The notes beneath the pieces are model-generated. The model made no database searches, was not told the origin of the DNA, and saw only the letters and a program-made list of their open reading frames with translations. Position numbers and translations under genes: made by a program. Shown here piece by piece: positions 11,010 through 21,111 of a stretch of 64,000 nucleotides of DNA; positions within the stretch are counted from its first letter, which is position 1, and each line of letters begins with the position of its first letter. Source of the DNA: an uncultured Nitrososphaeraceae archaeon (GTDB lineage: Archaea; Thermoproteota; Nitrososphaeria; Nitrososphaerales; Nitrososphaeraceae); the NCBI GenBank assembly GCA_963765895.1, contig CAVXZB010000023.1, positions 32,001 through 96,000 of the forward strand. The letters run 5' to 3'.

Positions 11010-12530
11010 TCATTCGTTACTAGTTAGAAGATAATTTTTAATGGCTTTCCTTAAGATGTCTACTGATCTTCCGAGATGCCTTTTTCGATTTGACAATGCT
11101 GACTCGTACTTTGACATTTTGCGGTTCAAAACGCCTATCATTTGTTGTTGATGTTTGGGATTGGGTGAGCCTGCTGACGCTCGCAAAGAAACCGAGGCTT
11201 CAGGGGTAAGTCCCATGATTATATGTAAGACCTCTTTAGCCTGGAGATCTGACTTTACCTTATGGAGGACCTCTTCCACCTGCTCTGTTTTCAACTGTGC
11301 CAAAGACATATTTCCGTTTCTCACCGCTTTTTCTACTAATTTACCGATTATCATGTGCGCGGTACGGAATGGAACGCGTTTGCGCACGACCAACTGCTCT
11401 GCTATGTCAATCGAAATGGCGTAGCTGTTGTTAGCTACCTGTGCCATTCTTTCTTTATGAACATAGATCGAATCAATAACCATTTTCATTATTTGCAAGG
11501 AGTCCTGTACAGAGCGTGAGGCATCCCACAGAGCTGGTTTAATTTCTTGGAGATCTCTACTATATCCTGTAGGCAGTGACTTCACGATTGAAAACACGCT
11601 ATTCATGCTGCCCAATAATAATCCAGATTTTCCGCGTATTATTTCCAACGGATCTGGATTTTTCTTCTGAGGCATGGCACTAGACGAAGAACTGTTCTCC
11701 TCTGAGATATCGATATAGCCAAATTCGGATGTTGACCACAGGATCAGATCTGCTGATATCCTACTCAACGTGGTCATAATAATTCCCAATGTAGACATAT
11801 GCTCACATATAGTATCGCGTGAGCTAGTCGCATCTATGGAATTTATCACAAGCCCTCTAAAGCCCAGTAAGAGAGCGGTCCGATTCCTATTAATTCGTAT
11901 AGACGATCCACCTATCGCACCCCCTCCTAGTGGACATTGGTTGATTCTATTATATACTAGATACAATCGGTCCAGGTCTCTAAAGAGTGCCTCAACATAT
12001 GAAAGAAGCAAGTGTGAAAACGTTCCTACTTGAGCTTGTTGTAGATGAGTGTATAACAGAGTAATTGTTTTTTGGTTTTCTGCTGCCTTTTTAAGTAGAC
12101 TACGAATTAGGTCTAAGATATAGGCACAAGTTTTGTTGATGTCATCTCTAATCTTCATCCTCATATCTAAAACTACTTGATCATTTCGTGACCTTGCAGT
12201 ATGCATCTTTCCTCCCGTTTGAAGACTGGTCTGTTGAATCACAAATGCTTCAAGGGATTCATGAACATCTTCAAAACTGGCCAGGTCTATTAGAGTAGTA
12301 TTTCTTTCCAGTTTCAGCAGAGCATGTAGAATTTGACTGAGTTCTGATATGGTTAATATCCCTATTTCGTGTAACATTATGCAATGGGCTTCGGTTCCTA
12401 AAACATCGTAGTATAATAATTCGATGTCTTCCTCGCCTGATGAAAGAAATCTAAGCATATTGTCTTCAAGATTTCGGTCTGATCTGGATCTATACACGAT
12501 TGATGCGTTTTGAAGAACACTAGATATCAT
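11010..12530 (-). CDS. argH: argininosuccinate lyase
   Basis: EDVH, HTARSRNDQV, YTHLQQAQ, SSAMPQKKNPD, YSRDLQE, PFRTAH. Confidence 0.95.
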   Translation of the reverse strand: MISSVLQNASIVYRSRSDRNLEDNMLRFLSSGEEDIELLYYDVLGTEAHCIMLHEIGILTISELSQILHALLKLERNTTLIDLASFEDVHESLEAFVIQQTSLQTGGKMHTARSRNDQVVLDMRMKIRDDINKTCAYILDLIRSLLKKAAENQKTITLLYTHLQQAQVGTFSHLLLSYVEALFRDLDRLYLVYNRINQCPLGGGAIGGSSIRINRNRTALLLGFRGLVINSIDATSSRDTICEHMSTLGIIMTTLSRISADLILWSTSEFGYIDISEENSSSSSAMPQKKNPDPLEIIRGKSGLLLGSMNSVFSIVKSLPTGYSRDLQEIKPALWDASRSVQDSLQIMKMVIDSIYVHKERMAQVANNSYAISIDIAEQLVVRKRVPFRTAHMIIGKLVEKAVRNGNMSLAQLKTEQVEEVLHKVKSDLQAKEVLHIIMGLTPEASVSLRASAGSPNPKHQQQMIGVLNRKMSKYESALSNRKRHLGRSVDILRKAIKNYLLTSNE

Positions 12531-12608
12531 ATATAGTTTTTAGATGTTATGCCATTTGGGGTCATTCTATTCATAGATATTGAATTCCTGAATTTGGAGA
12601 CAAAGTGC

Positions 12609-13586
12609 TCATTTTGGTGTTATGCGAATACCATATCTTCTCATGAATTTAACAAGATGATTTGCGAGTTCCCAGCTTCCTTCACATGTCAGAGAATCTA
12701 ATTCTATCCACTCGAATTTTTTCTTTAGATGTGACGGTATTTGAAATGAAATTATCGTGTCGTTAGCATCGAGATTTTTAAGATTAATTCCGTACACTAA
12801 CCTTTTACCCTTAAATGCAATTATTCTACTACTATTCAATTTTCTAAATGTAATATTTCGAAGCTTTAGAAATTTCGAGGCATATTTGTAAAAATCCGGA
12901 AGAATATTTAACATAACTTTGTGTTTGGCATCAACTTCAAGTTTACTGCTCCTAGCCTTTTTTATTACTTTCGCTGGTACGCCGGCAGCAAATACACCTG
13001 GCGAAAGATTTTTCGTAACTACCGATCCTGTTCCAATAGTGACTCCTTTTCCAATCGTGACCCCAGGTAATACGGTAACGTTCCATGGTAGCCAAGCTTC
13101 GTCTCGAATAGCAATACTTGCAAAAAGATATGGGTTGCCATTCAAAGCATTCTGCCATGAGCTATGTGTAAAGAGTAAGCAATACCCCCCGATGCCGACG
13201 TCGTTACCTATCATAACTGTTCTTGTAGTATTTATATAGGACCGGTAAAGCACTACACAGTTATTGCCGATCTTAAATTGGCTAGCCTCGCTTTGCATCC
13301 CTCCTATAAGTACATCCCTGTCAATAATAGTGTGGTTACCAATCGAAATTGACTTGAATGCGTTAATTACTGTTCGCTCTTTAACGACCGTATTATACCC
13401 CACACTTATGGTGCCATCAGAAAAAAGTTTACAGTCTGTCAACGAGGAAACTGATCCTATTCGTACATTTTTGGCCTTTATCTGAACATTGTTTATCTTT
13501 GCTCCTGCGCAAATGACAACATCTCTTGCGTCGATATTAGAATTCGTTAGCTCCGCACTATTTGCTATATTTATATGTGAGGGCAT
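12609..13586 (-). CDS. hexapeptide-repeat (left-handed beta-helix) acyltransferase with C-terminal extension
   Basis: IGNHTII, IGNNCVV, VLPGVTIGKGVTIGTGSVVTK, AAGVPAKVI. Confidence 0.85.
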   Translation of the reverse strand: MPSHINIANSAELTNSNIDARDVVICAGAKINNVQIKAKNVRIGSVSSLTDCKLFSDGTISVGYNTVVKERTVINAFKSISIGNHTIIDRDVLIGGMQSEASQFKIGNNCVVLYRSYINTTRTVMIGNDVGIGGYCLLFTHSSWQNALNGNPYLFASIAIRDEAWLPWNVTVLPGVTIGKGVTIGTGSVVTKNLSPGVFAAGVPAKVIKKARSSKLEVDAKHKVMLNILPDFYKYASKFLKLRNITFRKLNSSRIIAFKGKRLVYGINLKNLDANDTIISFQIPSHLKKKFEWIELDSLTCEGSWELANHLVKFMRRYGIRITPK

Positions 13587-14358
13587 GATCTACTATGTGA
13601 TTTGCTAAATCTATTCCTCTAAAAACCTTAACATCAGTCTGAGACGTCAAATACTCTACTATCTGTCTATACATTCTGCCCCCTTTCATCCTTAATACGT
13701 TATCATGCCAGATTACTGTGATGACATTGAAATCAGGGTTCAACTTTCTGCCTTGTTGAACAGCTCGTTGGAAGGTAGGAAGAATATCATCTTCTGTGAG
13801 CTTCATGTAAGTAAATAAATATGCATCCATAACAGTAATGGGGAATTCCAAAAGGCCGTCAAATATATAAAAACCAAACTCCTCTGATCCAATTAGATGT
13901 TTGGTTGTTCTCATAGAAGAATCGTAAACAAAGCCCAGTTCTCGCAGTTTAGTTGGGAGGTCTATATTGAATTTTAGATAATGAACTCTGTTCGCCGCGA
14001 TTATTCCCTTGGATAACTCTTCCAGATCCTTTTTTTCCTTGAGGAGTTTGTCCTTAGCATCAACGGATGAAGGATCGGAATGAAGCCCTATTTCCCAGCC
14101 GCCATTAATTAGTGATTTTATATCATTCTCATAATCAAGGAATATTCCATTTTCATACGTCGTCCTAAAAAAAAATGTTGACCTTAGCCCGTATCTTTCT
14201 TCGATTTCCATATAGTCTGGAATATTATAGTAAGGATTTATTCTCTCAGCATCCCTGATCGTCTCTTGATCAAATCGCGTCTTTCTTGCTATGATATGAT
14301 CTAAAGATGGGCCTTGCCGCCTCCAGTCAACGTCATGGCTCAAAAAAATGTATTGCAA
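13558..14358 (-). CDS. polysaccharide deacetylase family protein
   Basis: LSHDVD, STFFF, EIGLH, RVHYL, YDSS, EFPITVMD, WH motifs. Confidence 0.85.
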   Translation of the reverse strand: MQYIFLSHDVDWRRQGPSLDHIIARKTRFDQETIRDAERINPYYNIPDYMEIEERYGLRSTFFFRTTYENGIFLDYENDIKSLINGGWEIGLHSDPSSVDAKDKLLKEKKDLEELSKGIIAANRVHYLKFNIDLPTKLRELGFVYDSSMRTTKHLIGSEEFGFYIFDGLLEFPITVMDAYLFTYMKLTEDDILPTFQRAVQQGRKLNPDFNVITVIWHDNVLRMKGGRMYRQIVEYLTSQTDVKVFRGIDLANHIVDHALTYKYSK

Positions 14359-14536
14359 TGCCTATTTTACAGATTCTTAGAGGTTAATTTGTATATCGAT
14401 TTCCATCGGAGCTGTAGATGAAAAATATCATACAGGAGAGATGATTGACTAATCTTTTTAATGCCAAGGCCATTTCGATCAGGACGCTAACCTGCAATAG
14501 TTATATAGGGATTGAGTAGATCTCTTTTTTACAGCA

Positions 14537-14863
14537 ATGAGCCAAGATCTCCAGCAAACACGTAGATTGATATTTGATGAATTAACTAAAATAGTTGATC
14601 CTGAAATCGGTATTTCTATAATGGAACTGGAATTGATAGACAAGGTTGTTATAGAGAATGGAAAAGTCGATATCGATCTGCATTTAACAAGCCCTTTCTG
14701 TCCTGCGGTATTTGGTTTCAAGATTGCACAGGATGTAAGGGACAACGTTTGTCGCCTCGATGGCATTGAAAACGTAAAAGTAACGGTTAGTAACCATTTC
14801 ATGGCTGAGGCCATAAACAAACAGGTAAATGAGAGCAAACCTCCTGAGAAATCGAGCAAATAA
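14537..14863 (+). CDS. metal-sulfur cluster assembly factor (DUF59/SufT/MIP18 family)
   Basis: IVDPEIGISIMELELI and LTSPFCP motifs. Confidence 0.9.
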   Translation: MSQDLQQTRRLIFDELTKIVDPEIGISIMELELIDKVVIENGKVDIDLHLTSPFCPAVFGFKIAQDVRDNVCRLDGIENVKVTVSNHFMAEAINKQVNESKPPEKSSK

Positions 14864-14889
14864 ATTATCAGACGGTTAATACCTTGATA

Positions 14890-15672
14890 TTAGCTGTCTA
14901 TTTGGTCCTGTCTACGAACGTATTCCTGTTTTGCTTTTTTCATGTCGTTCTTTGAGAAATTCATGAGATGGCCTCTCATAAGCTGTATTCCCAAGGCTGG
15001 ATCTACCCCCTTTGGGCAAACAACACTACAGGAACCTGCGAAGTGACACCTCCATATGCCGTGCCTTTCATCTACGAGGTTCAATCGTCTCTTGCTTGCG
15101 TTGTCTCGAGAATCGCTAAAGTATCTATAGGCCTGTGCCAGTGATTGGGGTCCAGGAAATTTAGAGTCAGTTGCCACCGACGGACACGCTGAATAACACA
15201 AGCCACATTTAATACAATATGAAAATTGTAGGTATTTGTCAACATCTTTAGGGGTTTGCGTAAACCACGATAGATCCTCCTCATTATTAATATCTGCAGA
15301 TTTGTTTTGTATAAAGGGTTCCAAATTTTTATGGTGCTTGAAGAATTGGGTGAAATCTGTTACAAGGTCTCGTATTATTGGAAAGTTTCCCAAAGGCTCG
15401 CATGTTATCACAGAGGAATCAAGCTCAGACACTTTGGTATAACACGCAAGCCTAGGTATCCCATTTATCTTCATACCACAAGATCCGCATGAAGCCATTC
15501 GGCAGGAGTATCTTATGCCTATACTTGAGTCGAGATAGCTTTTCGCATATAATAATCCGTCGAGCACAGTGGTCCATCGCTGGACGGGTATCTCGAATTC
15601 ATCATGATTTGGCATTTTCTTATTGTTTGTCATTGTTCGGGAAATTCTGAAGGTAACAGTTTTAGAAGCCAT
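14890..15672 (-). CDS. sdhB: succinate dehydrogenase iron-sulfur subunit
   Basis: SCRMASCGSC, CIKCGLCYSACP, CHFAGSCSVVCP. Confidence 0.95.
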   Translation of the reverse strand: MASKTVTFRISRTMTNNKKMPNHDEFEIPVQRWTTVLDGLLYAKSYLDSSIGIRYSCRMASCGSCGMKINGIPRLACYTKVSELDSSVITCEPLGNFPIIRDLVTDFTQFFKHHKNLEPFIQNKSADINNEEDLSWFTQTPKDVDKYLQFSYCIKCGLCYSACPSVATDSKFPGPQSLAQAYRYFSDSRDNASKRRLNLVDERHGIWRCHFAGSCSVVCPKGVDPALGIQLMRGHLMNFSKNDMKKAKQEYVRRQDQIDS

Positions 15673-15750
15673 ACAAATATCTCCCCCTGCACTTTACAGA
15701 CTTCCAATTACTTTCAAACATTGTACCTTCCTCTTTCATACTTTAACACT

Positions 15751-16101
15751 TTATAACTCTAATCCGTTTGCAAATATAATGGTTCGAGTGCCGTATGCGA
15801 TGACTGCTATTGAAGCAATTATTATGGCATAGCTGACACACTTCTCCCATATTCTGTTTTGACGTAATTCGAGCAAAATAATCCTCAAACCATTGAAACC
15901 ATGTATAGCTATAAGTATAAGTATGATTTCAAGCAGAACCGCATACGGGATGTTGTGATAGTTTCCAATCACATTCTTGTAGGTGAGGCTTGTAGAAAAC
16001 GGTACGATTAAACGCATAATTATGTGTACAGCAACCACAAAGAGTGCGCAAACTCCTGTCAGATAGTGGATTTTCATTATTTGGCTCTCACGCAGATTCA
16101 T
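15751..16101 (-). CDS. sdhD: succinate dehydrogenase membrane anchor subunit
   Basis: Three hydrophobic helices, HGFNGLRIIL, operon position. Confidence 0.88.
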   Translation of the reverse strand: MNLRESQIMKIHYLTGVCALFVVAVHIIMRLIVPFSTSLTYKNVIGNYHNIPYAVLLEIILILIAIHGFNGLRIILLELRQNRIWEKCVSYAIIIASIAVIAYGTRTIIFANGLEL

Positions 16102-16140
16102 TTCAGTTCATGTCCCCTACAATCAATCTTATGCCCCAAT

Positions 16141-16614
16141 CTAGCCTTTTCCAAATAGAACTTGCACCCCAAATAGCATTGCAAGCGCAGCCAATATTAA
16201 CGCGACCCAGATTCCTGATTTCTGGCGATAGTTCAATGAACTCGCTAAATAAGGATAATCAGGTCTCCCTGGCTTACCCAGGCCTTTTCCAAGGTGTGTA
16301 AAGATTAGCCTGATTCCATTAGCCGAATGAAAAGTGCTTGTACCTATTACCAATATCAGAAATAAGTGGCCCATCGGTGTCTGTGTTAGCTGCAACATCG
16401 AATTCCAAACATCTGGACCACCAATTATAGAGCTGGTTTCAAATACATGACCTACAAAATAGACTAGTAGGAATATACCCGTCAGCCTCTGAAGCCAATA
16501 AGATACTCTTTCCCAGCCGTAGCCAAACGGATTAAGCCAGGCCTTGATACCCTCCCGATTATCGCTACTGACAAATCGATTTCCGAAATTGACATTCCTT
16601 TTCGAAGTTGCCAT
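16141..16614 (-). CDS. sdhC: succinate dehydrogenase cytochrome b subunit
   Basis: LQRLTG, FHSANGIR; ATG overlaps the sdhA stop (TAATG). Confidence 0.88.
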   Translation of the reverse strand: MATSKRNVNFGNRFVSSDNREGIKAWLNPFGYGWERVSYWLQRLTGIFLLVYFVGHVFETSSIIGGPDVWNSMLQLTQTPMGHLFLILVIGTSTFHSANGIRLIFTHLGKGLGKPGRPDYPYLASSLNYRQKSGIWVALILAALAMLFGVQVLFGKG

Positions 16615-18331
16615 TAATATTTCCTCTCGACTGGTGCGTATCGGGTAAACGCTATAGGGTGCCAAGCTATTTTTGGCTCTTCCGTAGAGTAATAGGTGAG
16701 AGAGTGTTTCAAATACCTCTCATCGTCTCTTAATGGATAATCAAGGCGCGCATGCGCTCCTCTTGATTCGCAGCGATTCAAAGCATTCACTAAGACAACT
16801 TCTGCGACAGATAACATGGAATCGGTCTCCATAACATTAATGAAATTAGTATTATACTCAGTAGCTCTATCATCAACGTGTTTCCATGTTTGTAACTTCA
16901 ATCCCCTCAGACCCTTAAGACCTTCGATAAGACTTTTTTCAGTTCTGAACACATATGCTTTTTCATCCATGATATCTGTTAAACATTTTCTGACTTCATA
17001 TGGATTTGCTTCTCCTTTTCCCCTAAATATTCCATCGAATATTCGTTTTTCTTCTTCACTTACTTGTTCTAATGGTGTAGACAGGCTTAGGTCAGTATGC
17101 CTCAACGCATGGTTTGCAGCAAGTTCTCCAGTAATTTTCCCCCAGACCAGACATTCAGCAGTCGAGTTGGCTCCCAGGCGATTTGCACCGTGGGTACTAT
17201 TGCAAGCTCGCCTCACCTGCAGCCCAGAGTCCATTCAACTCAGTCGCCCCGTGAATATTCGTATGAATTCCTCCCATCATATAGTGGCAAACCGGTCTAA
17301 CCTCTATTGCCTCGTTGATAATATCGACTCCAGAAAATTTAAAACCGATTTCTCTTATTCCAGCTAGACGCTCTTTTATCTTGTCCGATCCGAGATGAGT
17401 GAGGTCTAATTTTAGACAGCTCATACCACTCTCGTGTTTGAATCCTCTTCCCTCTTGAATCTCACGTATCATAGAACGTGAAACCACATCCCTTGGTGCC
17501 AATTCAAGTTTTTCTGGAGCGTATCTCTTCATGAATCTTTCATCCTGATTATTAATCAGATATCCTCCTTCACCTCTTGCTCCTTCGGTAATAAGTATGC
17601 CAGAAGGTAAAATGCCACTAGGATGAAATTGAACGAATTCCATGTCCTTGAGCGCAAGCCCCTTGCGATAAGCCATATGTAGACCATCCGGAGTGGAGGA
17701 ATAGGCGTATGTAGAAAAGCTATAAATCCTTCCCGCGCCGCCTGTACAAATTATGCCCGCACGCCCCCTTATTACAAAGAACGTACCCGATTTAATTTCA
17801 ATTGCAGTTACTCCACAAAATCCATTCTCGCTAGAAAGTATCGATGTGCAAAACCACTCGTGAAGGAAATCGATATTGTCATATTTCAGGCAAGTATCGT
17901 AGAGGGTTTGCATTTCATAAAACCCAACCTTATCTTGAGCATAAGTTGCTCTCGGGAATGAATAGCCTCCAAATTTACGTTGATCTATTCTCCCGTCATC
18001 CCTTCTTGACCATGGCATTCCCCAATGATCCAACTGATATATTTCGAAAGGAATGCTTTCGACCAATAGTTCGGCTACGTCTTGATCGGCAAGAAAATCG
18101 CTACCCTTAATGGTATCGTATATGTGAGAATCGCGGTTATCTCCCTCATCCTCAAATAGTACCTGCTGCCGTCCCACCTTCTGCTGAGACCGAATGAGAT
18201 CGCATGGCTTGCACCTTCGAAATTACTGCAATACTCAGTTTATTGCTTTTTGAAGCAGCAGAGATCGCGGCTCTAAGGCCTGCCAAACCCGACCCTATAA
18301 TAATAACATCATAAGAAATAGCTTCTGTCAA
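16614..18331 (-). CDS. sdhA: succinate dehydrogenase flavoprotein subunit (frameshifts at about 18162 and 17208)
   Basis: [22 protein letters not shown]...[10 protein letters not shown] (read manually), [51 protein letters not shown]. Confidence 0.95.
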
Positions 18332-18578
18332 TTAAGATGCAGTTACTCATCCATGATTTGGTATTCATTTCTCATAAATATCTTTAGACAGCTATGGCCA
18401 ACAAATGCTTTCTCAGTCTGAACTTTATCATCCCCGTTTATCAATTTTCTGCAACACATTTAATACATGACCTAGAATTAGAAGCCCTTGCCCTAAATTT
18501 AGCAGTACATATTTGTACGGTATTTTGCCGCCTGTCAATAAACACGTTTTATATACTATAGATGGTGGAATCAGAAAA

Positions 18579-18836
18579 ATGCCTATTGAATATAGTGGTA
18601 AGATATACTTCTCGCCGAACTCTTCTGATGATATTATTGTTGAAAAGTCCAAAAGGAGATTGGTCGAAGAGGGAATAAAGCCTGAAGATATCGAAATTAG
18701 CTATAACATACAGGAGTTAGAAGTCGGTGACTTATTTATAAACTATGATCCGCCGAACTTAGTGATTAGACAAGTATACGAGAAGAAATCTAATGGCATG
18801 ATTAAAATGAAAAGCTGTGCACTCTTAACTATTTAA
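18579..18836 (+). CDS. hypothetical protein
   Basis: ATG at 18579 preceded by TTTTATATA about 25-30 nt upstream; MPIEYSGKIYF... Confidence 0.65.
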   Translation: MPIEYSGKIYFSPNSSDDIIVEKSKRRLVEEGIKPEDIEISYNIQELEVGDLFINYDPPNLVIRQVYEKKSNGMIKMKSCALLTI

Positions 18837-20125
18837 CGATGAGTCAGCTTTTCTTCCAAAGTCTTAGGCAGTTCACCAATTTCCCGAGTAAATTCTAAGC
18901 CATCATCCATTAATCTTATTGTTACGCGGCCATTCTTATACTCTCTATCCCCTACAATAATTGTAATTATTGCTCCTCTTGTAGCTGCGTCTTCGATCTG
19001 TCTCCTCAATGGTCTGCCGGAAGGATCGTAATCAGTAATGTAGCCTTTTTCTCGTAGATCTGATACTATATCCATCGCCTGAACCCTTGTGTCATTTGAA
19101 GTGAACGCAACATAAATCATTCTAGGTTGCATTATATTTTTATCCTTCCCAAGCGCTACAAGAATCCTTTCTACTCCACCTGCGGCTCCGGAGGCACCCA
19201 TATCTTTCCTACCGAATGCTTTCGTAAGAGTATCATATCTTCCACCTCCTACAAGTGCACCTATCTTGAGGGATGGATCAGTGGCCTCAAATACTATTCC
19301 AGAATAATAATCTAAACCCCGTACAATTCCCAAATTTACACTCACATTCCTAACCTTTCGCGATCTCAATGAGTCACTCAATTGAAATAAATTATTCCAA
19401 CTCTTCAAATGACTAGCATCGACACTTGAATAAGCCGAATCTACGTTACCACGTACACTTGACAGGCCAATCAATTTATCTAAAACTGGGATGCTAAGTT
19501 TTCCTTTAAACTCGTTATAGACTGCCTCGTTACCTTTTTTAGGAACCTTGTCCATAGCTCGAAATATCTCACCTATAATACGCTCATCCGAAACGTGAAG
19601 ATAATCTTTTATGTATTCCTCTAGCAACTTTCGATCGTTCAGCTCGATAACGACATTTTTTAATCCCAGTTTTTTTAGGAATACAGAGACAAATTGAATA
19701 GTCTCGGCGTCCGATTCGATATTAAATGAGTCATAGATCTCAACATCCCATTGATGAAAGTACCTATAACGGCCGGCCTGAGGTTCATCGTACCTCCAAA
19801 CGCCGTCAAATGCCGCTACTTTTATGGGCATCTTAAAATCTCTTCTGGACGTAGCAAATCTTGTGAGACCCATCGTGAGATCAAATCTCAACGCTACATC
19901 TCTACTGCCTTTATCTTTAAAAGTATAGATTTCATTCGAGATTGATGGACCAGCCTTGACTTCTAAGGTAGACAGTAATTCAAGGGTTGAAGGTACGATT
20001 AACCTAAAATTGAACGCTTTGGAGGTATCGAAAAAGGCATCTCTCATTTCGTTAATTCTCGCAGCTTCCTCATAATCGATATCACGCATCCCTCTCGGGA
20101 TTTCGAATTTCACAATCGATTGCAA
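18833..20125 (-). CDS. hisS: histidine--tRNA ligase
   Basis: PRGMRD, LRFDLT, WRYDEPQAGRYRYFHQ, RGLDYY, GGGRYD. Confidence 0.96.
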   Translation of the reverse strand: MQSIVKFEIPRGMRDIDYEEAARINEMRDAFFDTSKAFNFRLIVPSTLELLSTLEVKAGPSISNEIYTFKDKGSRDVALRFDLTMGLTRFATSRRDFKMPIKVAAFDGVWRYDEPQAGRYRYFHQWDVEIYDSFNIESDAETIQFVSVFLKKLGLKNVVIELNDRKLLEEYIKDYLHVSDERIIGEIFRAMDKVPKKGNEAVYNEFKGKLSIPVLDKLIGLSSVRGNVDSAYSSVDASHLKSWNNLFQLSDSLRSRKVRNVSVNLGIVRGLDYYSGIVFEATDPSLKIGALVGGGRYDTLTKAFGRKDMGASGAAGGVERILVALGKDKNIMQPRMIYVAFTSNDTRVQAMDIVSDLREKGYITDYDPSGRPLRRQIEDAATRGAIITIIVGDREYKNGRVTIRLMDDGLEFTREIGELPKTLEEKLTHR

Positions 20126-20189
20126 TCATTGTTCTCATTTAGATTTTGCGATCAATTATTATAATTAATTAGTCTCAACGTAATTACTA

Positions 20190-20622
20190 ATGAGAACAAC
20201 TGGCTTTCGCTATCTAGATCATATGGCAGATATTATTGTTGAAGCGTACGGTAGGAGTTTGGATGAAGCATTTGAAAATTCTGGCCTTGCTCTTGTTAAT
20301 ATCATGTTTGGAATAGATGAGGTTGTTACTAAGAAGGCTATGAGAATCGATGTACAAGGGAAAGATATTGAGAGTTTGCTGTATTGCTGGCTTGAGAAAA
20401 TCCTGTTACTTTTACTTGTGGACGAGTTTATACCCTCAGAATTTGATGCCAATATTAGCATGGAGAAAAGCGAGCATTCTGTTAACCGGTATTGTCAGAG
20501 GTGAAAATATTGATTTACGGAGGCACATATATCGCATCGAAGTTAAAGCAATAACATACCACGAGATGAGCATAATGCAAGAGAAGGATAATTTCACTAT
20601 AAGGTACATAGTCGACCTCTAA
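20190..20622 (+). CDS. archease (frameshift at about 20472)
   Basis: FRYLDHMADI...AFEN in the first frame and EVKAITYH...VDL in the second. Confidence 0.92.
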
Positions 20623-20701
20623 GCCTTTTCACTTACTAATAGCTCCCTACCCAAGTTGACAAATCTTAAATACTGAGTATAACCTTTAAGTTTTAAGAAT
20701 T

Positions 20702-21064
20702 ATGAGTGAGGATAAGAAAACAGCTAGCTCATCCCAAAGCGGCGCAACTGCCCTGTTAGAACTCTCAGAGAAGAATTTTGATGAGGCTGTGAATGCAAAC
20801 AAACCGGTTTTAGTTGATTTCTGGGCTACATGGTGTGGACCCTGCCAATTTATGCTTCCAATTTTCGACAAACTGGCAAAGAAATACGGCGAAAAAGTGT
20901 CTTTTGGTAGACTAAATGTCGATGACAATCAAGGTATAGCAATGCGATTTGATGTTTACGCCATTCCTACCTTCATTATTTTCATGAATGGCAAGGCTGT
21001 CGATCGGGCGGTGGGAGCAGTAGGCGAGAAGGGTTTGGAAGGCCTCTTACAGAAGTATCAGTAG
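20702..21064 (+). CDS. trxA: thioredoxin
   Basis: VDFWATWCGPC, AIPTF. Confidence 0.93.
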   Translation: MSEDKKTASSSQSGATALLELSEKNFDEAVNANKPVLVDFWATWCGPCQFMLPIFDKLAKKYGEKVSFGRLNVDDNQGIAMRFDVYAIPTFIIFMNGKAVDRAVGAVGEKGLEGLLQKYQ

Positions 21065-21111
21065 TATTTGTTACTTCTCGTTTATCGAATCCACGCATCG
21101 GTGGGGTAAGC